A DNA stretch of 64,000 nt from contig JAYQQF010000016.1 of assembly GCA_038145705.1 (NCBI GenBank), positions 6,675 through 70,674 on the forward strand, read 5' to 3'. The DNA comes from Alphaproteobacteria bacterium (lineage in GTDB: Bacteria > Pseudomonadota > Alphaproteobacteria > SMXQ01). The notes under the pieces are model-generated. The model ran no database searches and had not been told where the DNA came from. It saw only the letters and a list, made by a program, of their open reading frames with translations. The position numbers were made by a program, and so were the translations under genes. Each line of letters begins with the position of its first letter. The stretch's first letter is position 1. Shown in pieces: positions 27,818 to 39,728 of the stretch.

Positions 27818-28090
27818 ATGCTGAAGCGCTACCTCGTTGAACGTGATATCCCTGGTGTCGGCAAGATGTCGCACGAAGACCTCTGCAAGACCGCGGACAG
27901 CTCGAACCAGGTGCTCGCCAGCCTCGCGCCCAGGGTGCAGTGGATCCATTCGTTTCTCGGCGAAGACCGCGCCTATTGCTTCTACGTTGCCGAGAACGAC
28001 GACCTCGTGCGCCGCCATTCCGAAATCATCGGCCTGCCGGCCAACCGCATCGTCGAGGTTCCGCGCATGATCGACCCGACCACGCCGTAA
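27818..28090 (+). CDS. DUF4242 family small protein
   Basis: RYLVERDIPGVG...VQWIHS...YC.Y.A...H...GLPANRIVEV; AAGGAG RBS. Confidence 0.85.
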   Translation: MLKRYLVERDIPGVGKMSHEDLCKTADSSNQVLASLAPRVQWIHSFLGEDRAYCFYVAENDDLVRRHSEIIGLPANRIVEVPRMIDPTTP

Positions 28091-28111
28091 GCGGACCAAC
28101 AGGTTTTCAGG

Positions 28112-28156
28112 AATGCCGGGCCGGTGCGATTGTCGCGCCGGCCCGCGGCATTTTTG
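28112..28156. terminator. Intrinsic terminator between convergent genes
   Basis: Stem GGGCCGGTGCGA / TCGCGCCGGCCC followed by TTTTT. Confidence 0.65.
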
Positions 28157-28157
28157 C

Positions 28158-29390
28158 TCAGATCCGCTGGTCCAGCTTCTGCACCTTGCGCAGGTCGGGG
28201 AACAGGCGCGTCCACAGGGCGGTGACGGCCAGCGTCGCGGCACCACCCACGACCACCGCCGGAACCGTGCCGATCAGCCCCGCCATCATGCCCGCGCGGA
28301 AATCGCCGAACTCGTTCGATGTGGTGACGAACACGGAACTGACGGCGCCGACGCGCCCGCGCATGTCGTCGGGGGTGGCGAGCTGGATCAGGGTCTGGCG
28401 CACGTAGACGCTAACCATGTCGGCCGCGCCCATGACGAACAGCGCGAACAGCGACAGCGGGAACCAGGTGGAGACGCCGAAGGCGACGGTGCCCGCGCCG
28501 AACAGTGCCACCGACCAGAACATCGTCGCGCCCGCGTGCGAACGCAGCGGGTGGCGCACCAGCCACAGCGAACAGACGACGGCACCGACCGCGGGTGCTG
28601 CGCGCAAGAGGCCGAGGCCCTGCGGCCCCACCTTCAGGATGTCGGTGGCGAAAATCGGGTAGAGCGCCACGCAGCCGCCGAGGACGACGGCGAAAAGATC
28701 GAGCGAGATGGCGCCGAGCACCACCGGTTTCATCTTTATATAAAGCAGTCCGCCGAGAACGCTGGTCCAGGTCACCGGCTCGCGGCGGCGTTCCTGGCTG
28801 CGGTTGGAAATCATCCCGGTCAGCACCACGCTGACGGCAATCAGCACGGCGGAAACGCCGTAGGTGACGTCTGCACCGAGGATCAGTACGGCACCGCCCA
28901 CCGCCGGCCCGCCGACCGACGCCACCTGCCAGGCCGAGGACTGCCAGGCGACGGCATTGGCGAGGTCCTTTTCATGGACGAGGTTGGGCATCATCGCCTG
29001 GCCTGCCGGAGTGATGAAGGCGCGCGCGACGCCGATGCCGATCAGCAGCCCGAAGATCGGCCAGGTGTTGTCGGTGCCGATGACGGCGAGTGCGCAGAGC
29101 CCTGCGGCGAACAGGAAATCGGCGGCAAGACAAATCTGGATGATGGTCTTGCGGTCATAGCGGTCGGCAATCTGGCCGGTTACCAGCACCAGGCTGATGG
29201 CGGGCAGGAACAGCGACAGCCCGATCAGGCCGAGGTCGAAGGGGTCGCGGCTGATGGCGTAGACCTGCCAGGCGACCGCCACCGCCTGCATCTGCATGGC
29301 GATGGTCGAAAGAAACCGCGAGAACCAGTAAAGCCGGTAGTCGCGGTAGCCGAAGGCGGCAAAGCTGCGTTCTTTCGGGGCGTCGGTCAT
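28158..29390 (-). CDS. MFS transporter (MFS_3/EntS-like)
   Basis: About 12 TM; GQIADRYDRK; PDDMRGRV. Confidence 0.92.
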   Translation of the reverse strand: MTDAPKERSFAAFGYRDYRLYWFSRFLSTIAMQMQAVAVAWQVYAISRDPFDLGLIGLSLFLPAISLVLVTGQIADRYDRKTIIQICLAADFLFAAGLCALAVIGTDNTWPIFGLLIGIGVARAFITPAGQAMMPNLVHEKDLANAVAWQSSAWQVASVGGPAVGGAVLILGADVTYGVSAVLIAVSVVLTGMISNRSQERRREPVTWTSVLGGLLYIKMKPVVLGAISLDLFAVVLGGCVALYPIFATDILKVGPQGLGLLRAAPAVGAVVCSLWLVRHPLRSHAGATMFWSVALFGAGTVAFGVSTWFPLSLFALFVMGAADMVSVYVRQTLIQLATPDDMRGRVGAVSSVFVTTSNEFGDFRAGMMAGLIGTVPAVVVGGAATLAVTALWTRLFPDLRKVQKLDQRI

Positions 29391-29461
29391 GGCGCGATCT
29401 CTTTCCTTCGCGCCCGCATGTACGCCTGTCGTAATGTCATGTGCGCTTCGTGGGTCTTATA

Positions 29462-31198
<1,737 letters not shown>

Positions 31199-31406
31199 GA
31201 TGGCGTTTCCCTGTCCTGTGTTCTTGGTTTTCCCGTAGTTCAAACCCGCCGCCCGCGGCTGTCAATCGGCGACGGCAAGGGGCGGAAAGCGGCGATATCA
31301 GGGGGATAGGGGGCGGAGGCAACATTATCCTTGGCAAATCCCCCGTCACCTGCCATCAACGTCGCGCATCCATATTTGCCGCCAGTCCGAAGGGTCGATC
31401 CGAGCC

Positions 31407-32369
31407 ATGAGCGAATCCACGTTTGACGTCCTGATCCAGTCAGCCAGGAGCGAATCCAAGGGCGTGATGTCCTTCGAACTGCGCGCGCCCGATGGCGGCG
31501 ACCTGCCCGCCTTCACCGCTGGGTCTCACATCGACGTGCATCTGCCCAACGGCATCACCCGTTGCTATTCGCTGGTCAATTCTCAGGCCGAGCGCGACCG
31601 CTACGTCATCGCCGTGTCGCTCGATCCCAACAGCAAGGGCGGCTCGCGCTACATGTTCGAAAGCCAACTTGTCGGCCAGACCATCAAGGCGGGCGGCCCG
31701 CGCAACAACTTCCGCCTCGTCGAGGACGCGCCGCACACGGTCCTGATCGCGGGCGGCATCGGCATTACGCCGATGCACGCGATGATCATGCGGCTGGAAG
31801 AGTTGGGCAAAAGCTGGGAGCTGCATTACGGCACGCGTGAGCGCGCGGCGGCGGCCTTCCGCGCCGAGCTTGAGGCGCTGGAAGCGGCCCGTCCGGGCCG
31901 CGTGCATTTCAATTTCGACGTCGAGGACGGCCACATGCTGGATGTCGCGAAGGTGGTTGCCGGCGCGCGGCCCGAGGCGCATCTCTATTGCTGCGGCCCG
32001 GCGCCGATGCTCGAGATCTACAAGGCTGCCGCCGCGGGCCGCAACCCCGACACCGTGCATCTCGAATATTTCGCGGCCCCCGTGGTCGAGGCCGGCGAAA
32101 ACACCGCCTTCACCCTGGTCCTGCAGGACAGCGGCCAGACGTTTGAGATCGGCTCCGACCAGTCGATCCTCGACGTGCTGCTCGATGCCGGGATCGCCGC
32201 GCCCTTTTCCTGCGGCGCGGGCGAATGCGGTTCCTGCGTGGTCGAGGTGCTGGAGGGCGAGCCCGAGCACCGCGACTGCGTGCTCAGCGACAACGAGCGC
32301 GCGGGCAACAAGCTGATGATGATCTGCGTTTCGCGGGCCAAGTCGAAGAAGCTGGTGATCAACCTCTAG
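31407..32369 (+). CDS. PDR/VanB-family oxygenase reductase (FMN, 2Fe-2S)
   Basis: RCYSL, GGS, AGGIGITP, YCCGP, C-terminal CGAGECGSC...C ferredoxin. Confidence 0.95.
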   Translation: MSESTFDVLIQSARSESKGVMSFELRAPDGGDLPAFTAGSHIDVHLPNGITRCYSLVNSQAERDRYVIAVSLDPNSKGGSRYMFESQLVGQTIKAGGPRNNFRLVEDAPHTVLIAGGIGITPMHAMIMRLEELGKSWELHYGTRERAAAAFRAELEALEAARPGRVHFNFDVEDGHMLDVAKVVAGARPEAHLYCCGPAPMLEIYKAAAAGRNPDTVHLEYFAAPVVEAGENTAFTLVLQDSGQTFEIGSDQSILDVLLDAGIAAPFSCGAGECGSCVVEVLEGEPEHRDCVLSDNERAGNKLMMICVSRAKSKKLVINL

Positions 32370-32412
32370 CTTTTCCGACGTCCGGCGCCGCGTCATCGGA
32401 AGGGAGGCCGAT

Positions 32413-33246
32413 ATGACGATGCGCGTGGGACTGATCGGCGTCGGGCTGATGGGGGCGGCGCTGATGTCGCGCCTGTTCGCGGCCGGGCGCGAGGTACAGG
32501 CTTTCGACATTTCCGAAGAGCGCATGGCGCTCGCCCGCGACCAGGGCGCGCAAACGGTGGCCTGCGCCGCCGATGCCGCGCGCGGCGTCGATTTCGTCCA
32601 TGTCTTCGTGCGCACCGATGACGAGCTTTACGACGTCACCGCCGGTTCGGGCGGCGTGCTCGCGGCGGCGAAGCCCGGCGCGATCGTGTTCCTGCATTCG
32701 ACCGTCATGCCCGATACCAGCCGCCGGATCGCAAAAGAAGCGGGGCGCGCGCGCGTCATGGACGTTCCGGTGACCGCGGTGCCGCGGGTTGTGGCGGCGG
32801 GCAATGCCGTGTTCCTGATGGGCGGCGCGGACGAAGATGCCGCCGTTGCCACGCCCTACCTTCAGCCTCTTGGCCGGGCGGTCCATCATTTCGGCCCCGT
32901 CGGCAGCGGCAACGTCGCCAAGATCGCCAAGAACCTGATCAACGCCAACGAGCGCGTGGCGCTGGCCGAGGTCGCCGCGATCGTCGAGGCGGGCGGGCTC
33001 GATGTTAAACAGTTTCTCGACATGGCGGCCGCCATCGACCAGGGCTCGACCGTGTCGCGCTGGCAGGGAGCCTTCACCATGCAGGGCAACCATGCGGCAC
33101 CTCGTCCGGCGAGCAACCTGCTCAACAAGGACGTAGGGCTGGCGGCGGAACTTGCCCGCAACCTCGGCCTCGACGCGCCTATGACCCAGGCCGCAGCCGA
33201 TACCGCCAAAGTCTGGGTCGCGCGCTGGGAAAAGCCCGAAAACTGA
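32413..33246 (+). CDS. NAD(P)-dependent beta-hydroxyacid dehydrogenase family protein
   Basis: GLIGVGLMG, GSGNVAKIAKN, KDVGLA. Confidence 0.9.
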   Translation: MTMRVGLIGVGLMGAALMSRLFAAGREVQAFDISEERMALARDQGAQTVACAADAARGVDFVHVFVRTDDELYDVTAGSGGVLAAAKPGAIVFLHSTVMPDTSRRIAKEAGRARVMDVPVTAVPRVVAAGNAVFLMGGADEDAAVATPYLQPLGRAVHHFGPVGSGNVAKIAKNLINANERVALAEVAAIVEAGGLDVKQFLDMAAAIDQGSTVSRWQGAFTMQGNHAAPRPASNLLNKDVGLAAELARNLGLDAPMTQAAADTAKVWVARWEKPEN

Positions 33247-33335
33247 CTGCAAATGGTGTTTTTCCCGGTGGACGGGTTTTTCCCGCCCCCGTATCCTCGC
33301 TCGATAAATATCAAAGCGAGACAGGGAACTCCGCC

Positions 33336-34358
33336 ATGCCGAAACTTTCCGCACCCGCCATTTTCATGATCGCCGCCGCCGCGGCGCTGTCCGTTTCCAC
33401 GCCCGCCGCGGCCCAGCAGGACAGCGGCAAGCGGCAGGTTTCGATCACCGTCGGCTTCCCCGCAGGCGGCACCTATCACGCGATCACCATGCTGATCAGC
33501 CGCCACATGGGGCGCCATCTCGCGGGCAACCCGAACATCATCGTGCAGCCCAAGCCCGGCGCGGGCAGCCTCGTTGCCGCCAATTACATCGCCAACGTCG
33601 CGCCCAAGGACGGCTCTGCGCTCGGCGTCGTCGGCGGCGGCGTCATCCTCGAGCCGCTGTTCGGCAACAAGAAAGCGCAGTTTGACCCGCGCAAGCTCAA
33701 CTGGCTCGGCAGTATTTCGACGGAAACGAGCATCTGCGCCGTCTGGCATACTTCTCCCGTGAAAACGGTGGCCGATGCCCAGGCGCGTCAGGTGGTGGCG
33801 GGATCGTCGGGCCGCGGCTCGCGGACCTGGACCTATCCCACCGCGATGAACAATACGCTGAGCACCAAGTTCAAGGTCATCGCCGGTTTCAAGGGCGCAT
33901 CGGGCATCGAGCAGGCCTGGCAGAACGGCGAGGTGGACAGCTTCTGCGGTTACGGCTGGGGCGGCATTGTTGCGCGCCATCCCGACTGGATCCGCGACAA
34001 GAAGTTCAGCGCCATCGCCCAGTTCGGCTACACGAAGAACAAGGACCTGCCGGACGTGCCGCTCATCCTCGACCTGATGAAGACCGACCGCGACCGCGCC
34101 GCGATGAAGCTGCTGGTGGTCGATACCTACGTCGCCTGGCCGATGATCGCGCCGCCGGGTCTGTCCGCGGCGACGCTGGCCTCGCTGCGCAAGGCCTATC
34201 TCGACACGCTCGCCGACAAGGCCCTGCTGGCGGAAGCGGACAAGCTCCGCTTCGAGGTCGATCCCGTGAAGGGCGTCGATATCCAGTCGCGCGTCTCCGA
34301 GGTTTACGCGAGCCCCAAGGACGTGATCGCGCACGCCAAGAAGATTTCCGGCCTCTAG
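33336..34358 (+). CDS. tctC: Bug/TctC tripartite tricarboxylate transporter substrate-binding protein
   Basis: Signal peptide; GFPAGG, PGAGSLVAANY, PKDG. Confidence 0.9.
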   Translation: MPKLSAPAIFMIAAAAALSVSTPAAAQQDSGKRQVSITVGFPAGGTYHAITMLISRHMGRHLAGNPNIIVQPKPGAGSLVAANYIANVAPKDGSALGVVGGGVILEPLFGNKKAQFDPRKLNWLGSISTETSICAVWHTSPVKTVADAQARQVVAGSSGRGSRTWTYPTAMNNTLSTKFKVIAGFKGASGIEQAWQNGEVDSFCGYGWGGIVARHPDWIRDKKFSAIAQFGYTKNKDLPDVPLILDLMKTDRDRAAMKLLVVDTYVAWPMIAPPGLSAATLASLRKAYLDTLADKALLAEADKLRFEVDPVKGVDIQSRVSEVYASPKDVIAHAKKISGL

Positions 34359-34377
34359 CGGCGGGGATACAGCGGCG

Positions 34378-35859
34378 ATGGGCGTATCTGACGCTTCCGA
34401 TTCCGGCAGGAAGTGGGTCGATTACAACGGCCTGCATAATGACCTGCGCGAATTTCTCGAGCGCGCTGATCGGCTCGGCGAAGTGCGCCACATCAAGGGT
34501 GCAAGCTGGGATCGCGAAATGGCGGGCATTTCGGAAATGTTCGGCAAGGAACAGCCGGACAACCCGCCGGCGCTGCTGTTCGATGAAATCCCCGGTTTCG
34601 ACAAGGGCTATCGCGTCGTCTGGGGGGCGGGCAACAGCCGCAACCGCGTCGCGCTGACCTACGGGTTCCCGGAACCGTCGAACGCCACCGATCTGGTGCG
34701 CGCCTACCGCGACCGCATGCGCGGAGGCTTCAGGCAGATCCCGCCCAAGACCGTAAAAAGCGGCGCGGTGCTCGAAAACATCGACCGGGACGAAGCGGTC
34801 AATCTCGACAAGTTTCCGACGCCTCGCGTCCATGAAGTCGACGGCGGGCGCTATCTCGGCACTCATGATCTCGTCATCATGCGCGATCCCGATACCGGCT
34901 GGATCAATGTCGGCACCTACCGGGTGCAGGTCTACGACAGGAACACCGTCGGGCTCTGGATATCGCCGGGCAAGCACGGCCGCCTGATCCGCGAGAAATA
35001 TTTCGCCAAGGGCAAGCCCTGCCCGGTGGCCATCAGCGTCGGCACCGATCCGCTGCTGTTCATCACGGCGGGCAACGAGATCGATTTTGGCGTCGACGAA
35101 TTTGCCTATGCGGGCGGCCATCGCGGACGGCCTTTCGAAGTGGTGGAAAGCGAGCTGCACGGCCTGCCCATCCCGGCCCATGACGAGATCGTGCTCGAGG
35201 GCGAGATCATGCCCGACGACGTACGCACCGAAGGGCCGTTTGGCGAGTTCACCGGCTATTACGCATCGGGCGAACAGTTGCAGCCCGCCGTGCGCATCCG
35301 GCGCGTCTATCACCGCAACGATCCGATCATCACCACGGCCCGGCCCGGCCGCCCGCCCCACGACTTCATCTATGCGAAAAGCGTGTCCAAGGCGGCGACC
35401 ATCTGGGACGAGATGGAAAAGGCGGGCCTGCACGGCATCACCGGCGTGTGGTCGCACGAGGCGGGTGGGGCGCGCATGTTCAATGTCGTCGCCATCAAGC
35501 AGATGTATCCCGGCCATGCGCGCCAGGCGGGGCACCTCGCCTTCGCCTGCCACGCGGGCAATTATCTCGGCCGCTGGGTGATCGTGGTCGATGACGACAT
35601 CGACCCGACCAACACCTTCGAGGTCATCTGGGCGCTGTCGACGCGCTGCGATCCGGCGACATCCATCGACGTCATCGGCAAGGCCTGGTCCGGGCCGCTC
35701 GACCCCATGCTGCCCAAGGGCACGGTGGAGAACAGCCGCGCTGTCATCGATGCCTGCCGGCCGTGGTCGCGGCGCGACAGTTTCCCGCCGGTGGCCGAGG
35801 CCAGCCGCGAAGTGATGGCGGAAACCTACGCCAAGTGGCGTTTCCTGCTCGACCAGTAA
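34378..35859 (+). CDS. UbiD-family (prFMN) decarboxylase
   Basis: DLREFL, DGGRYLGT, NVGTYR, catalytic EGPFGEFTGYY, VVDDDIDP. Confidence 0.95.
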   Translation: MGVSDASDSGRKWVDYNGLHNDLREFLERADRLGEVRHIKGASWDREMAGISEMFGKEQPDNPPALLFDEIPGFDKGYRVVWGAGNSRNRVALTYGFPEPSNATDLVRAYRDRMRGGFRQIPPKTVKSGAVLENIDRDEAVNLDKFPTPRVHEVDGGRYLGTHDLVIMRDPDTGWINVGTYRVQVYDRNTVGLWISPGKHGRLIREKYFAKGKPCPVAISVGTDPLLFITAGNEIDFGVDEFAYAGGHRGRPFEVVESELHGLPIPAHDEIVLEGEIMPDDVRTEGPFGEFTGYYASGEQLQPAVRIRRVYHRNDPIITTARPGRPPHDFIYAKSVSKAATIWDEMEKAGLHGITGVWSHEAGGARMFNVVAIKQMYPGHARQAGHLAFACHAGNYLGRWVIVVDDDIDPTNTFEVIWALSTRCDPATSIDVIGKAWSGPLDPMLPKGTVENSRAVIDACRPWSRRDSFPPVAEASREVMAETYAKWRFLLDQ

Positions 35860-35881
35860 TTCCTGACGCGAGGCATCTGAC

Positions 35882-37120
35882 ATGACCAAGGTAGCCATCA
35901 TCGGCGGCGGCATCGCGGGCCTTGCGCTTGCCATGAACCTGCATGAACGCGGCATCGATTGCGTCGCCTTCGAGCGCGCGCCGGAGGTCAAGGAACTGGG
36001 CGTCGGCATCACCCTGCTGCCCCATTGCGTGCGGGAATTCGACCGGCTGGGACTGCTGGAGGCGCTCTCGGCGGTCGCCATCGTCAACCGCGAAAGCCGC
36101 TTCTTCAACCGCTTCGGCCAGCTGATCTATGCCGAACCGCGCGGGCGTTACGCGGGCTACGACTATCCCGAACTCGGCATTCATCGCGGCAAGCTGCACA
36201 TGGTCCTGTATCAGGCGGCGGTCAAGCGGCTCGGCGCCGAACGGGTGCGCACCGGGGCGACCTGCATGGGCGTCGATCAGGACGATGCGGGCGTGACCGT
36301 GCGCTTTACCGACACTGTCAGCGGCAAGGCCATCGAGCCGTTCCGCGCCGATATCGCGGTGGCCTGCGACGGCGTCAATTCGACGATCCGCCGCCAGTTC
36401 TATCCCGACGACAAGGTGGCCTTCGGTGGCATCAACACGTGGCGCGGCGTCACCCGCATGCCGCCCATCCTCGGCGGCGACGTCTACATGCGCGTCGGCT
36501 CGATCAAGACCGGCAAGATCGTCATTTACCCGATCGTCGATAACGTGGACGGGCAGGGCAACCAACTGATCAACTGGATGGCAGAGATCGAGGGCGACCG
36601 TCCCACCAAGAACGACTGGAACCAGCCCGGCAGCCTCGATGACTTCTTCCATATCTACAAGGACTGGACCTTCGACTGGCTGGATGTCGCCGGCATGATC
36701 CGCCGCGCCGAAACCATTCTCGAATACCCGATGGTGGACAAGGACCCGGTCGACCGCTGGACGTTCGGCCGGGTGACGCTGGCGGGCGACGCGGCGCATC
36801 CGATGTATCCGCGCGGTTCCAACGGTGCCGCGCAGGGCTCCATTGATGCGCGCGTTCTGGCCGATTGCCTCGCCGCCGAAGCCGATCCGGTCAAGGCACT
36901 CAAGGCTTACGAGGCCGAGCGCCTGCCGCGCGCCAACAAGGTGGTGGTGACGAACCGTTCCAACCCGCCCGACTTCATCAACATCCGGGTGGAGGAGCTC
37001 GTCGGCGACCGTCCTTTCAAAAACCTCGACGACTACATCACCCAGGCCGAGCTCAAGGCCCTGTCCGACAGCTACAAGAAGGTCGCGGGCTTTGCCCTCG
37101 ATGACCTCAAGACGCGCTGA
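35882..37120 (+). CDS. FAD-dependent monooxygenase (salicylate-hydroxylase-like)
   Basis: GGGIAGL, DG motif, GDAAHPMYPRGSNG. Confidence 0.93.
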   Translation: MTKVAIIGGGIAGLALAMNLHERGIDCVAFERAPEVKELGVGITLLPHCVREFDRLGLLEALSAVAIVNRESRFFNRFGQLIYAEPRGRYAGYDYPELGIHRGKLHMVLYQAAVKRLGAERVRTGATCMGVDQDDAGVTVRFTDTVSGKAIEPFRADIAVACDGVNSTIRRQFYPDDKVAFGGINTWRGVTRMPPILGGDVYMRVGSIKTGKIVIYPIVDNVDGQGNQLINWMAEIEGDRPTKNDWNQPGSLDDFFHIYKDWTFDWLDVAGMIRRAETILEYPMVDKDPVDRWTFGRVTLAGDAAHPMYPRGSNGAAQGSIDARVLADCLAAEADPVKALKAYEAERLPRANKVVVTNRSNPPDFINIRVEELVGDRPFKNLDDYITQAELKALSDSYKKVAGFALDDLKTR

Positions 37121-37235
37121 ATCCGGCCGTTTGCGTGTCCCGCGGATTCCTGTCGACCGGCGCCCGTTCCCTCCCGTAACCTGCCACCAGGCCCGGCGCA
37201 TAAAAGGGCCGGGACTGCAACGGGGGGAAAATTCG

Positions 37236-38300
37236 ATGACACTTCACAGGGCTTGTCTTGTCGCGGCGGCTGTTGCGCTCGCCGCTATTTCATCTCGGTC
37301 GGACGCGGCATCCTACAAGGGCGCGCGCGTTACCATGGTCATCGGCTACGACGCCGGCGGCGCCTATGATGCCTATGCGCGTCTGCTGGTGCGCCACATG
37401 CCGCGCCATCTTGCTGGCAAGCCGGACATGATTCCGCAGAACATGCCCGGGGCCGGATCGCTCAAGTCCGTGAACTATCTCTACAACGTGGCTTCCAAGG
37501 ACGGCACCGTGATGGCGGTGTTCCACGAACGCATGGGACTGGAGCCTCGCGTGGACCCGTCCGACAAGCTGAAGTACGACGGGCGGCGCCTGACATGGAT
37601 CGGCTCCATGGCCAACAATATAAGCGCCTGCGTGTTATGGGGCGCATCCGGCGTCAAGACCGTCGATGATCTGCGCGGGCGGGAAATCATCGCCGGCGCG
37701 AGTTCGACCGTCGACTCGGCTGCCGTTTTTGCGCGTGTCTCGAATGCGCTGCTCGGGGCCAAGTTCCGCCTGGTGCTGGGCTACGGGTCGGATGCCACCA
37801 ATCTCGCGCTCGAGCGCGGCGAGATCGAGGCTCGCTGCGGCTGGGGTTATGCCAGCCTGATGGCGACCCGTCCCGATTGGCTGAGCCAGAACAAGATCAA
37901 CATCCCGGTGCAATTTTCCAGCGAACCGCATCCGATGATGAAGAACGTGCCGACCTTGATGTCCTTCGTGAAGGACCCGGCGGACAGGCAGGCGCTGGAC
38001 GCGATGTTCGCGACCCAGATCGCTGCCCGTCCCGTGGCGGCGCCGCCGGGTATTCCCGGCGATCGAAAGGACGCCCTGCGCAAGGCTTTCGACGACAGCA
38101 TGAAGGATCCGGCGTTGCTGGCTGATGCCAAGCGGGCGCGCATCGATATCAGTCCCTTCGCTGGTGCCGAAATAGAAAAACTGATGACCCGTCTGTACGA
38201 TTTGCCCGATCCGATTTTCGCCAGGATCCGCTCCTTCCGCGAGCCGCAGGCAGGCGAAAGGCGCCTCAAAAAGAAGGCAAAGAAGAAGCAGCCGTCGTGA
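37236..38300 (+). CDS. tctC: Bug/TctC substrate-binding protein
   Basis: Signal peptide; GGAYDAYAR, NMPGAGS, ALERGEI. Confidence 0.9.
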   Translation: MTLHRACLVAAAVALAAISSRSDAASYKGARVTMVIGYDAGGAYDAYARLLVRHMPRHLAGKPDMIPQNMPGAGSLKSVNYLYNVASKDGTVMAVFHERMGLEPRVDPSDKLKYDGRRLTWIGSMANNISACVLWGASGVKTVDDLRGREIIAGASSTVDSAAVFARVSNALLGAKFRLVLGYGSDATNLALERGEIEARCGWGYASLMATRPDWLSQNKINIPVQFSSEPHPMMKNVPTLMSFVKDPADRQALDAMFATQIAARPVAAPPGIPGDRKDALRKAFDDSMKDPALLADAKRARIDISPFAGAEIEKLMTRLYDLPDPIFARIRSFREPQAGERRLKKKAKKKQPS

Positions 38301-38491
38301 AACTCCGGCGGTCCGGAAAATAGTCTGTTTCCGTTTGTGGAGGCGGACTCAAGCCCCTTACGGGCTCAGCGAAAAAGGAATAGCATTCCTTCAAAGAAAA
38401 AACGGGAGGAGAGCCGTAAAGGCTCGTGCCGCACCTTGGTCGCGGTTTTGATGTCGCGAAAGGTGCGCCTTCCCGAAGGGAGGGATGACCC

Positions 38492-39661
38492 ATGCTGTCA
38501 CGCGAAGACAACGAGTTGATCACCCGCGTCGGCGCCGGCACGCCCGGCGGCGAGATGTTGCGCCGCTACTGGCAGCCGGTCGCGGCGTCGGCGGAACTGA
38601 CGGCGGAAAAACCGATCCTCAAGGTCCGTATCCTCGGCGAAGACCTCGTCGCCTATCGCACCGCCGAAGGAGCGTACGGCCTCGTCGCGGAACTCTGCCC
38701 CCACCGTTTCGCGTCTCTCGCTTACGGCAGGGTCGAGGGCGAATGCATCCGCTGCCCCTATCACGGCTGGAAATTCGACAGGACGGGTTCCTGCGTCGAG
38801 ATGCCGGCGGAGCCAAAGGGATCGAACCTGCGCGACGCCGTGCATCACCGGGCTTACCCGGTGCGCAAGTTCGGCGGCATGCTGTTCGCCTACATGGGCA
38901 AGGGCGAGGCCCCGGCGCTGCCGAAATGGGACGTTCTCGCCTGGGAACAGGGCCGGCGCTGGATACGCAAATTCGCGGTTCTCAACTGTAACTGGGTGCA
39001 GGCGATGGAGAACTCCGTCGATCCCTCGCATCTCTACTGGCTGCACGGGTCGTCGGCGCATCTTGCCGATGTCGTCGATCACTATTCGGAAGAGCACGAC
39101 TTCATCCCGTTCGAATACGGCATCATGAAGAAGCGCACGACGACCACCAGCAAGACCGGCAAGGCCGGGCAGGTAGACCAGCACCCGCTGCTGTTCCCCA
39201 ATACCCTGCGTCACGTCGCCCATGTGCGCGGCACCAAGCGCATGCGCCATAACCTGCAGTTCCGCGTGCCGATGGACGACACCCACACACAGATCTTCAT
39301 CGCCAATTTCGAACCGCGCCCCGATTTCCACACGCCAAACGATGCCGATGCGCCGATGGAGCACTACGATTTCCGCGACGGCGAGGGCGGCTACAGGATG
39401 ACCGACGTGCCCGCCCAGGACGTCATGGCCTGGGAAACCCAGGGTGCGATCATGGATCGCTCGCGCGAGCAGCTTGGCGCCGCCGACAAGGGCCTCGTCA
39501 TCTACCGGCGCATGCTGAAGGAACAGATCGAAACCGTGCGCAAGGGTGGTGCGCCCATGGGTGTCGTGCCTGCGGCGCAGGAAAAGCCGATCATCACGCT
39601 TGGCGTTATTAATGAGCGTATCGGCCTCGACCGCCCCGACGAAGAGCGCGGCGCGGCCTGA
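38492..39661 (+). CDS. Rieske non-heme iron oxygenase (phthalate 4,5-dioxygenase/LigX-like clade)
   Basis: ENELITRVG-like N-terminus (DNELITRVG..TPGGE.LRRYW), CPH...CPYH, ENSVDPSHLYWLH, QD. Confidence 0.93.
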   Translation: MLSREDNELITRVGAGTPGGEMLRRYWQPVAASAELTAEKPILKVRILGEDLVAYRTAEGAYGLVAELCPHRFASLAYGRVEGECIRCPYHGWKFDRTGSCVEMPAEPKGSNLRDAVHHRAYPVRKFGGMLFAYMGKGEAPALPKWDVLAWEQGRRWIRKFAVLNCNWVQAMENSVDPSHLYWLHGSSAHLADVVDHYSEEHDFIPFEYGIMKKRTTTTSKTGKAGQVDQHPLLFPNTLRHVAHVRGTKRMRHNLQFRVPMDDTHTQIFIANFEPRPDFHTPNDADAPMEHYDFRDGEGGYRMTDVPAQDVMAWETQGAIMDRSREQLGAADKGLVIYRRMLKEQIETVRKGGAPMGVVPAAQEKPIITLGVINERIGLDRPDEERGAA

Positions 39662-39728
39662 TTTTCCCCCGCGGCGCCTGCGGGGACCGAATTGCGGGCG
39701 CGTCACGGCTATTTTCCGGGAGGAAAAG